A stretch of DNA of 64,000 bases from Octopus sinensis. Taxonomy: Eukaryota. The stretch spans positions 26,721,360 to 26,785,359 of the forward strand of contig NC_043019.1 of the NCBI RefSeq assembly GCF_006345805.1, written 5' to 3'. Both the position numbers and the translations under genes were made by a program. Shown here piece by piece: positions 1-10,938 of this stretch (position 1 is its first letter; every line of letters begins with the position of its first letter). The notes under the pieces were generated by a model. That model made no database searches. It was not told the origin of the DNA and saw only the letters and a program-made list of their open reading frames with translations.

Positions 1-114
1 AACAGAAATGGCTAAGAAAGCCCGAATTGGCATCTATAAAGGAAGTAACTCTCTAAAAATGCTTATATAGTTATTTCCCTTACAAACCCGAGCAACGCCA
101 GGCGATACTGCTAG
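1..114 (+). mobile_element. 3' end of a non-autonomous Helitron (truncated by window edge)
   Basis: Ends in ACCCGAGCAACGCCAGGCGATACTG-CTAG (111-114), the same terminus as the element at 115-409. Confidence 0.65.
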
Positions 115-409
115 TCTTTATATATAAAAGAAAGGTTGTGTGTCTGTCTACTCCGATTTAGATTCCTAACTACTCCCACATTTTGCGGTGCAGTTTAACC
201 AAAAGCGGGTATCTTATAGTCGTGATTCATATCGAGCCCTTCTGGGTATTAGCGCGCGTCTACGATGAGTCAACGATTTAAAAAAAAATTTACCATAATT
301 TTTTTTCCATTTTTAATGCATTTTTTGCTAATTTTTGGCTATAACTCTCTAAAAATGCTTTATAGTTATTTCCCTTACAAACCCGAGCAACGCCGGGTGA
401 TACTGCTAG
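115..409 (+). mobile_element. Non-autonomous Helitron, ~295 bp
   Basis: 5' TC (TCTTTATATATAAAAG...GTGTGTCTGTC), subterminal hairpin CCCG-AGCAACGC-CGGG (382-397), 3' CTAG (406-409) followed by T; no TSD. Confidence 0.7.
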
Positions 410-429
410 TTTATATATATATATAAATC

Positions 430-746
430 TTGGTTTGCAAGATTCTTTATGTGAGTTCGTGTGTTGAAGCATATTCTGTTGTGTCTGGGGAGAGTCATTA
501 TCTTTTTGTGCCTTATAATTTAACGCACTCACTCGTGAAATTTCCACTTATTCCTTATTTTATTTTCCTAAAATTTTCGTTGCGTCTTGCAACCTTTTCA
601 ATAGACTTGACTACTGAAAAGGTTGCAAAAGGTTGCAAGACGCAACGAAAATTTTAGGAAAATAAAAATAAGGAATAAGTGGAAATTTCACCAGTGAGTG
701 CGTTAAATTATAAGGCACAAAAAGAAAATGACTCTCCCCAGACACA
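430..746. mobile_element. Fold-back element, probable inverted Penelope-type terminal repeat with hammerhead-like motif
   Basis: Arms 480-604 and ~610-746 are near-perfect reverse complements; a second copy lies at 19424-20377; HHR-like core at 568-604 (-). Confidence 0.55.
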
Positions 747-748
747 CA

Positions 749-824
<76 letters not shown>

Positions 825-1119
825 TGGACAGATTGCTAAATAAATTGGTTGGAAATAGATAAGTTTCTTTATTGGCCACACAGGGCTGCACATAGATGGG
901 ACAAGTTACAAGGTAGAGCTTTTCTTTTGGGGGATGAAAAAAACAAAAAACAAAAAACAAAAGAAACAAAATAAAGGTGGCGTAGGTTTTCGATCAAAAG
1001 GGATCGTAAGAGGGAAAAAAAGAACAAAAAATAAAAAAAAGAAAGAAAAGAAAGGAAAAGGAACAAAAGAAAAGAGAAATGAAAAAAAAGGAAAGAAAAA
1101 AGGGGAAGAGGAAAAAAAT

Positions 1120-1197
<78 letters not shown>

Positions 1198-1644
1198 CAG
1201 ACAGATAAATAGATAAACAGATAAACAAATATATAGATAGATACAAGTATTAACGTATATTTTCATATAAACTGTGTGAACCAAAGAATCTCATTATTCA
1301 ATTTTTTACATCATAAACCTTTATTAATGTCAGCATGTTGTTAATTTCCCACCAGTGACAAATATTGAGTATTTAGCAACACCTGTTAATATGTGTGTAT
1401 GTGTGTGTGTGTGTGTGTGTGTGCGTGCGTGCGTGTGTGTGTGTGTGTGGTGTGTGTGTGTGTGTGTGTGTGTGCATCCCCTTCAATATGAATTGCAGAA
1501 TTAAATAAATGGAAATTGTCCAGCTGAGTTATATACAGGGTGATTGAAAAGTCGCTATACATACATAAGAACATTTTTTTATAATAGTTTTTTTATTTAA
1601 AAATTTTTTTCCCTATGTATTGTATAAAAAGTAAATAAAATTAA

Positions 1645-1890
1645 GGGGAGATAACTAGTGAAAGCAGCAGATTCCTATACGACATAAAAACTGGTGATCG
1701 CCGCTAGAAAGAGAAGAGGTGTCTTCTTTTTCTCAGTGGAATTTACACAAGAGAAACTCCTGCAGATATGAAACAAAGAATTCGTCCGATGTCCCAGACT
1801 TCCGTTTCACCCGCATCCACATATTTTCTACATTTTGTATGTGGACGTCTTGATCATGAGGATCGACAAAATGTTGTTAGTGTATAATCA
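1645..1890 (-). mobile_element. Merlin (IS1595/ISXO2-like) transposase C-terminal remnant
   Basis: Minus strand 1870-1733 reads FVDPHDQDVHIQNVENMWMRVKRKSGTSDEFFVSYLQEFLLCKFH*, matching the FVDP..H.Q..E..W...K....G.....SYL.EF signature; truncated by a SINE. Confidence 0.65.
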
Positions 1891-1892
1891 CC

Positions 1893-2120
1893 ACAGTCAT
1901 TTGACTGTGGCCATGCTGGAACACTGCCTTTAGTCGAGCAAATCGACCCCAGGACTTATTCTTTGTAAGCCTAGTACTTATTCTATCAGTCTGTTTTGCT
2001 GAACCGCTAGCTTACGGGGACGTAAACACACCAGCATCGGTTATCAAGCGATGTTGGGGGGACAAACACAGACACACAAACACACACATGCACGCACACA
2101 CACACGTACGCACGCCCCCC

Positions 2121-2159
<39 letters not shown>

Positions 2160-2286
2160 GACAGGCTTCTTTCAATTTCCGTCTACCAAATCCACTCAGT
2201 AGAAGATACTTGCCCAAGGTGCCACGCAGTGGGACTGAACCCAGAACCATGTAGTTCGTAAGCAAGCTACTTACCACATAGCCACT
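1893..2286 (-). mobile_element. tRNA-derived SINE, family A
   Basis: Head GAGTGGCTATGTGGTAAG...GGTTCAGTCCC (A/B boxes), CCTTGGGCAAGT core, tail CAGTCAAATGACTG; about 20 full or partial copies in the window. Confidence 0.8.
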
Positions 2287-2879
2287 CAAATGTATAACAA
2301 AACAGGAAATTAGAAATTTTTTGGTATTATTTATTCACCATTACACGTGTTCCATTTGGTAATGGTAATTGTAAAGTTTTACATGTTAGATAAACATGTA
2401 AAGTATTTCCTATTAGAGAATCTTCAGACAAAGAAATTAAATAATGCATTATCTAAGTTCTCTGTCTACTCTTTTTTTAAGCCTGGTACCTATTTTATCG
2501 TTCACTTTTGCCGAACTGCCAACACTGGTAGTCAAGCAGTGGATGGGGGGAGAAACACACACACGCATTCCTATCCTATTGTACCTCACCTCCACATTTT
2601 TTGCTTTCATGTGAAGTCCCTGCTCCCTACACATGTACCCTTGGCAATAGTCTACCATCGTTTTTATATTCTGGTCCCCGTACCTTGATGGTATGCCCTG
2701 GCACTTCAGCACCATCTCTCTCCTGCTCTCTTCCACTATCTCTCTCTCTCTCTCTCTCTCTTGCTCTCTCTCTCTCTTGCTCTCTCCCCCTAACTGGGTA
2801 ACCATGTATCACCTCAACAGCAGCTCCACCTATTCCTTTCCTTCTGTCACACTCTAATCTCTCATCACCTGGCACAAGG

Positions 2880-3215
2880 CCACCTCCTTCAAAGTCCCTC
2901 CTCTCAAAGGATCTTTGTCTTGCAAGTTACTTGGTGACCCCACCAGTGCTGGTGCGTCCAGGCCACACTGTAAAGTGGTTGGTGTTTGGAAGGGTATCCA
3001 GTTGTAAAAAACAAACCAAAACAGACCTTGCTGGAGCTGATGCCACGTAAAAAACACTTAGTCCACTCTGTAAGGTGGTTGATGTTAGGGTTAGTGTTAG
3101 GAAGGGCATCCAGCCGTAAAAGCCCTGCCAAAAGAGACAGTGAAGCCTGGTGCAGTCTTCTGCCTAGCCAACTCCTGTCAAACCTCCAAAAGCACAACAT
3201 TGAAAATTTACGTTA
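2880..3215 (+). mobile_element. RTE-associated retroposon, family C
   Basis: GTTAGGAAGGGCATCCAGCCGTAAA motif and GTTAAATGATGAT tail. Confidence 0.6.
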
Positions 3216-3228
3216 AATGATGATAATG

Positions 3229-3287
<59 letters not shown>

Positions 3288-3299
3288 CAGTCCTTAATT

Positions 3300-3396
<97 letters not shown>

Positions 3397-3403
3397 CACA
3401 CTT

Positions 3404-3665
3404 ACTGTGATAGTCCTATGAAGGGAATTACACCACTGCTATTTAGCTCTAGGAAGCATTAACGCTTCCTGTCGGCTTTGACACATTCCCTGTGTCCTTA
3501 TGTTTACAAAGGGGAGACAAGCACCCCCGCCCAGCTAAGCTTGCATCCAGAGACTAGTTTCTGAGTCTTTGCTCGTCATCAGTCTGGAGTAGCATGGCCT
3601 ACTAGTTGGAGATGCCTCGCCGACAGGAAGCGTTGATGCTTCCTAGGGCTAAATACGGGACTGTC
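3404..3665 (-). mobile_element. HHR-bearing repeat (family H3) with partial inversion
   Basis: Homologous to 22575-22800 in opposite orientation; inverted repeat 3440-3476/3619-3655; HHR motif at 3546-3588. Confidence 0.6.
3546..3588 (-). ncRNA. Minimal type-I hammerhead ribozyme motif
   Basis: TCCAGA-CTGATGA-C-GAG-CAAAGA-CTC-A-GAAA-C-TA-GTC-TCTGGA: 6-bp stem I, full core, GUC site, palindromic stem III; C.A mismatch at base of stem II. Confidence 0.6.
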
Positions 3666-4464
3666 ACGTTAAGTTATCCACTCACATGTCTTTTTGTCTG
3701 CCTGAGGCTAGAAAAGAAGACACTTGCCCAAGGTGCCATGCAGTGGAATTGAACCCAGAACCATGTGGTTGGGAGGCAAGCTTCTTACCACACACTCACA
3801 CCGGTGTCTGTGGCTTATAGATATAAGTTTATAAATATATTTTAATTAGATTTAATAGCGTTAATTTTTTTTTCACTTTCTGTGCTTTTGGAGGTGTACT
3901 TGTTAGGCAGGTAATTTTATGTGAAACTGCACATTGAAATTAAATGATTATAGCTTGGAAGATTTTAACCATTAAAACACCTTACTTCCATATTCATTAT
4001 TTGCTGTCAAAATTTTCGTTGCACTGCAACTTGGCCATTATCGTAGATGAAAATATTACTTCGAATGCATATAAACTACATTTAGACTTACCTACATAAA
4101 TGTGCCCCCCCCCCCATCGACTTTGTTTCCTCACAGCTTTTACGAAAGTGGATATGTTTTAATGAAATTTTCTACAAATGCGCTTCAGATGATGTAGATT
4201 CCAATTCTGTTAGAATTTGTTGTGAGAAACATATTTCCGTGGATGGGGAAAGGAGTTTCAAAAAATTTACACGCGTCGGTTTTGATTTCTCATAACTTTC
4301 GGGAAAATGGGTATTTTCTACGAATACCTTTCAATGGCGTAGATTAAGACTGTATCGGAATTTAGTATCTAAGAAAATTTACTATTTAAGAAAAAAAAAA
4401 AAAAATTGGCGGGTTCGTCATATATATAGTGACACACATCACATATCTACAAAGTAATACTCCT

Positions 4465-4536
4465 AGGTCTCACCGAGATTTGAACTCGGATCGCTGGATT
4501 CAAAGTCCAGAGTGCTAACCATTACACCATGAGACC
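4465..4536 (-). tRNA. tRNA-Gln (anticodon TTG)
   Basis: 72 nt GGTCTCATGGTGTAATGGTTAGCACTCTGGACTTTGAATCCAGCGATCCGAGTTCAAATCTCGGTGAGACCT; intact cloverleaf, A and B boxes; nearest T>=4 run about 60 nt downstream. Confidence 0.92.
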
Positions 4537-5594
4537 TTGACGTGGTGTAATGGTTAGCACACAAACTGATGTGTATCACAGTGTCTATGTACGTGCCGAG
4601 CAGTATTATTTTTCTCATTAAGTTCTGGCATAATCGTTATGTACACCATCTGAAAGGCATCTGGAGAAAATTTCTTTTTAAAATACCATTTTTTCCTAAA
4701 AGTTATGAGGACCGCAAATGGGAATTTTCCGAAACGCCTTTTCCCACCTGAGCGTTGTGGTGCACCTGAGCACTCTTTACAATAATTTCATTATGTTATT
4801 AAAATATTTTCCCACAATAAATTCCGATACAATCAGAATCAACACGATCTGAAGCACATATAGAAAATTTCTATTAAAGAGTATTTATTTTTCTGGAAGT
4901 TACGAAAAAAAAAATAAAGCTGGTAGTGGTGGAGGAGGAGGTCACACTTGTAGGTATGTCCTTTATTTATCCACTTCAAAATATATATATATATTTATAA
5001 TTATTTTACGAAACCAATAGCTACAGCTGTAAATCTCCTGCTATCAGTTTATAATTGAAAGAAATATATATCTTAGAGGTGAGTGTCGGGTTTAAAATAT
5101 CCCTCTTAAACAATCAAAACCATTATTAATTTAATCACAACAAATATTTTGTGTGGAAGGATGAAATTTAAAGATGACATCGATGGGGTTTGAATAATGA
5201 AGTAACGATATAAAGGAGTAATTATAGACGGGCGACATAGACACAAGACTAATAGATACACAAGTATGTGTGGAAGAGATATAGATCGTGATCGATAAAT
5301 TCAGACCTGTGACTGATGCTCAGGTTATCGATCTCCACAGAGAATGAATGAAAGACAAACTTGACAGTACTGTAATTGGATGTGAAAATCCAAAGGGATG
5401 AACACTCGTATGCGTGTGTGTGTGTGTGTGTGTACGCATGATTGTGCGTGTGTTTGTGCCGGCGCGTGCGTGTGCGTGTGTGCGCGTGTGTACACGTGTG
5501 TGTGTGTGCGCGTTACGCATACGGGAGGCATGCGAATTAATTCGGTTCGCTAGAACCGTTCCTAGTTTTACAACCAGAGAGAACGTTTTAGTTA

Positions 5595-5736
5595 ACCGAC
5601 TGCGCATGCGCCCCACCTCAGCTAACATGATGCCGCCTGTATCAACTGTCAGCTGCTCCCCTAGCAACGAAATGTAAACAATGTAAGATCCGGAACAGAA
5701 AAAAAACTACGAACTTGGCCTCGCTTCTTTGTAAGG
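5595..5736 (+). promoter_or_regulatory. Candidate promoter and non-coding first exon of the PPP1R42-like gene
   Basis: CpG-enriched island; NRF1-type TGCGCATGCGC (5601-5611), X-box-like GCTCCCCTAGCAAC (5655-5668), forkhead GTAAACA (5674-5680), donor-like TTT|GTAAGG at 5731. Confidence 0.5.
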
Positions 5737-6144
5737 GTTTTCTTTTATATTTTTCTTACTTATAAAAAAAACCCCTCTTAATTAGTATTCTTAAACACCA
5801 TTAAACAAATTCCTTGTAAAAAATATGATTATCTTTCTAAGTAGCGGTCGAGACCCAGGCCCTTCCTTGTTCCAGCCACGACGATCATGTCTTTCTTTTA
5901 CATACAGTCCATCCATGATCACATTACTAAAGGGGCCTTCTTTGCTAAAAACGTTGCACTGTAATTTGAGAGAATTTTTCTGCTATTTTTAGCAAAACGA
6001 TCGTTGTTACTGCTGTTATTAGCTCCAAGTCGACTCCGAACCAACACCCATATCACCAAAGGCATTCCATCCATGACCGTCTGTTTTTTTCCTGATCCTA
6101 TATATTGTCCAATGTGTCCTTTATTTTTAGACTTGTGTGAGTGG

Positions 6145-6184
<40 letters not shown>

Positions 6185-6334
6185 GTAAATTTATTTTATA
6201 AGACACGGATTCAGAGAACTGTGTGGCTGTCACAGTAAGCTCCTCTTACACAGACTTGGCTAACAGTCTACATAGTAATCCAGTAACAGAGAACAGTAAT
6301 GTAAAGTGTTCATGCAGATGAAATCCAGAAGATC

Positions 6335-6567
6335 TGATAAGCTGGACGGCTGCATCAGACTCCGGTCTGATTTGGCATGGTTTTCTATGGCTTGATGCCC
6401 TTCCTAACGCCAACCACTTTACAGAGCGGAATGTGTGCTTTTACATGCCACTGGCATGGGTGCCATTTGCATGACATCGGTATCTGCCACGACTGCAATT
6501 TTACTTGGCTTGATGGGTCTTCTTCTCAAGCTCAATGTAATGCCAAAGGTCTCGGTCATTGTTTCTG
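6335..6567 (-). mobile_element. RTE-associated retroposon, family C
   Basis: GATGCCCTTCCTAACGCCAACCACT motif in reverse orientation. Confidence 0.6.
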
Positions 6568-7482
6568 TGAGGCCCAACACTCAAAGGAACTCAGCCACTT
6601 TGCCTCCGTGTGGCCCAACACTTGCAGGTACTGAGCCACTTTGCCTCCATGAGGCCCAATGCTCAAAAGGAACTCAATCACTTTGCCTCTGCGAGGCCGA
6701 ACACTCAAAGGAGCTCAGCCACTTTGCCTCCGTGAAGCCCAACACCTGCAGGTACTCAGCCATTTTGCCTCCATGAGGCCCAACACTCAAAGGAGCTCAG
6801 TCACTTTGCCTACATGAGGCCCAATGCTCGAAAGGAACTCAGCCATTTTGCCTCCATGAGGCCCAACACTCAAAGGAGCTCAGCCACTTTGCCTATGTGA
6901 GGCCCAATGCTCGAAAGGAACTCAGCCACTTTGCCTCCATGAGGCCCAATGCTCAAAAGGAACTCAATCACTTTGCCTCTGCGAGGCCGAACACTCAAAG
7001 GAGCTCAGCCACTTTGCCTCCGTGAAGCCCAACACCTGCAGGTACTCAGCCATTTTGCCTCCATGAGGCCCAACACTCAAAGGAGCTCAGTCACTTTGCC
7101 TACATGAGGCCCAACACCTGCAGGTACTCAGCCATTTTGCCTCCATGAGGCCCAACACTCAAAGGAGCTCAGCCACTTTGCCTATGTGAGGCCCAATGCT
7201 CGAAAGGAACTCAGCCACTTTGCCTCCATGAGGCCCAACACTCAAAGGAGCTCAGCCACTTTGCCTATGTGAGGCCCAATGCTCGAAAGGAACTCAGCCA
7301 CTTTGCCTCCATGAGGTCCAATGCTCGAAAGGAACTTATCCACTTTGCCTCTGTGAGGCCTAACACTCAAAGGAGCTCAGTCACTTTGCCTCCCAGAGGC
7401 CTAACACTCAAAAGGAACTCAGCCACTTTGCATCTGTGAGGCCTAATGCTCAAAAGAAGCTCAGTCACTTTGCCTCCGTGAG
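6568..7482. repeat. ~40-41 bp minisatellite, roughly 22 copies
   Basis: Unit GAGGCCCAA(CA/TG)CTC(G)AAAGGA(A/G)CTCAGCCACTTTGCCTCC(A/G)T with a recurring CACCTGCAGGTACT variant. Confidence 0.9.
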
Positions 7483-7484
7483 TA

Positions 7485-7680
7485 ATCATCATCATCATCA
7501 TCATCATCATCGTTTAACGTCCGTTCTCCATGCTAGCATGGGTTGGACAGTTCGACCGGGGATCTGGGAAGCCAGAAGGCTGCACCAGGATCCAGTCTTA
7601 TCTGGCAATGTTTCTACAGCTGGATGCCCTTCCTAACGCCAACCACTCCGTGAGTGTAGTGGGTGCTTTTTACGTGCCAT
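7485..7680 (-). mobile_element. RTE-associated retroposon, family C
   Basis: (CAT)n-CGTTTAACGTCCG...CCCTTCCTAACGCCAACC, the reverse of the element 3' end. Confidence 0.7.
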
Positions 7681-8107
7681 GCAAAATAGTTAAAGGGAAG
7701 CCCCCTCCAAAATATCATTTTGTATTATAAAATATTGAATTGTTTTTTCCCCCTGTTTTTGAGTATTTAATTACTTCTTTATGTGTCTCCAGTTTTGTGT
7801 CTTACAGATACTTGCAAGCAGTTTGAGAAACACATGTAAACACACACATAGGCATTCACATGAACACATACTGCTTGCTCCAAAAACCCCTATATGCTCT
7901 CAAAAACACACTGGTACACATTCGCTTACACTTACACACGCTCCTAAAGTTTTACTCTCCCTCTCTCTCTCTCTTTCACTCTCACGCACACATATATAAA
8001 CATACTCATATACAGAGACGCGCTTACTCTTACATCTCTATATATGATCCTCCAAGTACCACCCACATAATACAGACACACACAAACACACATGCACACA
8101 CACACTC

Positions 8108-8266
8108 ATGAATGCTGCCCCTGATCCCAAAATGGTAAAGCCCAAAGTAAACCTCATTACAAGCGGAACTTCGAAATATTCCAAGAAGAAGCGAGATGAG
8201 TCTGTGTACCATTACTTGAAACGATTGTCACACCTGCACCTCGAAGGCAAGAATTTGACTGAAATT
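8108..8266 (+). CDS. PPP1R42: PPP1R42/LRRC67 (TLRR)-like LRR protein, coding exon 1
   Basis: MNAAPDPKMVKPKVNLITSGTSKYSKKKRDESVYHYLKRLSHLHLEGKNLTEI resembles the PPP1R42 N-terminus as recalled (MVRLTLDLI...LKKITHINFSDKNIDAI); donor GTGAGT at 8267, phase 0; ATG at 8132 may be the true start. Confidence 0.85.
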
Positions 8267-9134
8267 GTGAGTAGTTCGTTCTTTGACTTTGGCATGTTTT
8301 GAACTCCTGACACACAATTACCGACTCTGACTTCTGACTCAGGCATAATGTCACAAACTTGCAGACAGCTCAGTGTTGGTATTTCATCTCATCTCATCTC
8401 TTCTCATGCTTATAGTATATTTTTTTTTAATTCTGAAGTTACAAGTGTTTCAATACAACATAGAAAACCCCTTTCATGAATGTAAATATTAATATTGATA
8501 TAAATATAATGGATTCATAATATAATGATGTATAGAAATACATTTTTTTTGTACTCATGCATTTCTTCAGATTGAGTCTCGAAATTGATACTTCATCATC
8601 ATCATCGTCATCATCATCATCGTTTAATGTCTACCTTCCATGCTGGTATTGGTGGGACAGTTTGACGAGAGCCAGCCAGGCAGAAGCATGCACTAGATTT
8701 CTGTAACTGTTTGGCAGGATTTTTACAGCTGGATGCCCTTCCTAAATCCCAATCACTCAGCAGAGTGGACTTGTTGATTTTTACGTGGCACAAGCACATG
8801 CGAGGTTAGTTTTGGCAAGGTTTTTACAGCTGAATGCCCTTCCAAATGTAAACCACTTCACAGTGTTGACTGGATGCTTTTTAAGTGGCACCTGCAGTGA
8901 CAGGGTCACCAAGTACTTGCAAAACCAAAATAATAAAAAAACTCTTTTGAGAGGAGAGGAGGAATTGGAGGAGGTGATCTTGTGTTGGATGATGAAAGAT
9001 TATAGTGAGGCAGAGAGACAGAAACAGACATTTATGTTCACAAAATGGATTTCTCATATTGTATTGAAACAATTGTAACTAAAGAATTAAAAATAATAGT
9101 ATAAATTCCACTCTTTGTTTTAATATATCCATAC

Positions 9135-9470
9135 CCTGCTATATACTGGCATTCCATCAGTTATGACAACAAGGGTTCCAGTAGATCCAATCTACAGAAC
9201 ATCCTGCTTGTGAAATTAACATGCAAGTGGCTGAGTACTTCACAGACATGGATACTCTTAATGTAATTCTTTGGGAGATTCAGCATGACACTGAATGTGA
9301 CAAGGCTGGCCCCTTTGGATTACAGGTTCAACTTATTTTTGCCAGCTGAATGGACTGGAGCAATGTGAAGTAAAGTGTCTTGCTCAAGGACACAATGCGT
9401 CGCTGGGAATTGAACACATGACCTTGCGATTGTAAGCCAAATACTCTAACCACTAAGCCATGTACCTTCA
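9135..9470 (-). mobile_element. tRNA-derived SINE, family F
   Basis: Reverse of GGCTTAGTGGTTAGAG...GGTTCAATTCCC...TCCTTGAGCAAGACACTT. Confidence 0.65.
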
Positions 9471-9506
9471 CACTGCTATATAAACAACTTGTTTATAAAG
9501 CAGTTT

Positions 9507-9872
9507 ATTACCTCTGCCTTTGCTAAGGCAAAGGTATTGTTTTTAGTCGTATTTGTTTGTCCCTGGACAAGATATCTCAAGAACCGCTGGATGGATTCGG
9601 ATGAAACTTTCAGGGATGTTTGGCTTTGTGAATGGCACAAAATGATTAGATTTTGGGATCGATCCGGTACTGGACAAGGATTCTGGATTATTTTTCCTGC
9701 TTTTTTTTTTTACTTAATGTCTGAGAGCAATCAGCTTCATCTTCAGTATTCTCGTTTGTGAGAGCAGTCGAGTTTATTTCAGATATTCTCATTTTAAAAA
9801 TCATCTCCAGCTAATCGTTGAGAGGACATTGGTGTTGCCTTGGCAGAGGTCTGCGCTCTCTGATGCTCTTGT
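9507..9872 (+). mobile_element. Helentron-associated non-autonomous element (HINE/DINE-like), family E
   Basis: 5' ATTACCTCTGCC subterminal repeat, 3' GCCTTGGCAGAGGT-CTGCGCTCTCTGA(G)TGC hairpin; further copies at 10123 and 26093. Confidence 0.65.
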
Positions 9873-9926
9873 CGTCATCATCATTATCATCATCACCACC
9901 ACCATCATCATCGTCATCATCATCAT

Positions 9927-10025
<99 letters not shown>

Positions 10026-10044
10026 CATCACCACCACCACCACC

Positions 10045-10101
<57 letters not shown>

Positions 10102-10122
10102 GTCATCATCATCATCATCATC
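9873..10122. repeat. (CAT)n/(CAC)n microsatellite
   Basis: Direct reading. Confidence 0.95.
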
Positions 10123-10608
10123 ATTACCTCTGCCTTTGCTAAGGCGGACGTATTATTTTCAATCATGTTTGTTTGTCCATGGACAAGATATCTCAAGAAC
10201 CGCTGGATGGTTTCGGATGAAACTTTTAGCAATATTTGGCCTCATGACTGGCACAAACTTATTAGATTCTGGGATCAATCTGGTACTGGACAAGGATTCT
10301 CGATTATTTTTCCTGCTTTTTTTTTTTACTTAATGTTTGAGAGCGGTCAAGTTCATATTAGTATTCTCATCTGTGAGAGCAGTCGAGTTCATTTCAGATA
10401 CTCTTACTCTTTACTCTTTTACTTGTTTCAGTCATTTGACTGCGGCCATGCTGGAGCACCGCCTTTAGTCGAGCAAATCGACACCGGGACTTATTCTTTG
10501 TAAGCCCAGTACTTATTCTATCTTTTGCCAAACCGCTAAGTGACGGGGACGTAAACACACCAGCATCGGTTGTCAAGCAATGCTAGGGGAACAAACACAG
10601 ACACACAA

Positions 10609-10639
<31 letters not shown>

Positions 10640-10893
10640 CGACAGGCTTCTTTCAGTTTCCGTCTACCAAATCCACTCACAAGGCATTGGTCGGCCTGGG
10701 GCTATAGCAGAAGACACTTGTCCAAGATGCCACGCAGTGGGACTGAACCCGGAACCATGTGGTTCGTTAGCAAGCTACTTACCACACAGCCACTCCTGTG
10801 CCTATTCTCATTTAAAAAATCATCCCTGGCTAATCATTGAGAGGACATTGGTGTTGCCTTGGCAGAGGTCTGCGATCCCTGAAGTGCTCTTGT
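10123..10893 (+). mobile_element. HINE family E, interrupted by SINE A
   Basis: Same termini as 9507-9872; sequence breaks near 10401 and resumes near 10804 (ATTCTCATTTAAAAAATCATC). Confidence 0.65.
10402..10803 (-). mobile_element. SINE family A, full length
   Basis: Complete head-to-tail copy. Confidence 0.85.
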
Positions 10894-10938
10894 TTTTATG
10901 TATTTTCTTTTATGTTTCTCTCTCTCTCTCTTTCTCAG

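Noticed and set aside
1536-1570. Solo mariner-type TIR as the end of the Merlin fragment
   Set aside because: It matches the separate 60286 MITE (TA TSD type), not Merlin; the adjacency is likely coincidental.
5290-5420. Possible divergent first exon from the promoter (minus-strand CAG|GTCTGA)
   Set aside because: Weak donor and no downstream exons found in 1-5300.
6568-7482. CRISPR-like appearance of the 41-bp array (also the 82-bp array at 43553)
   Set aside because: No unique spacers and no cas genes; eukaryotic tandem repeats of TE origin.
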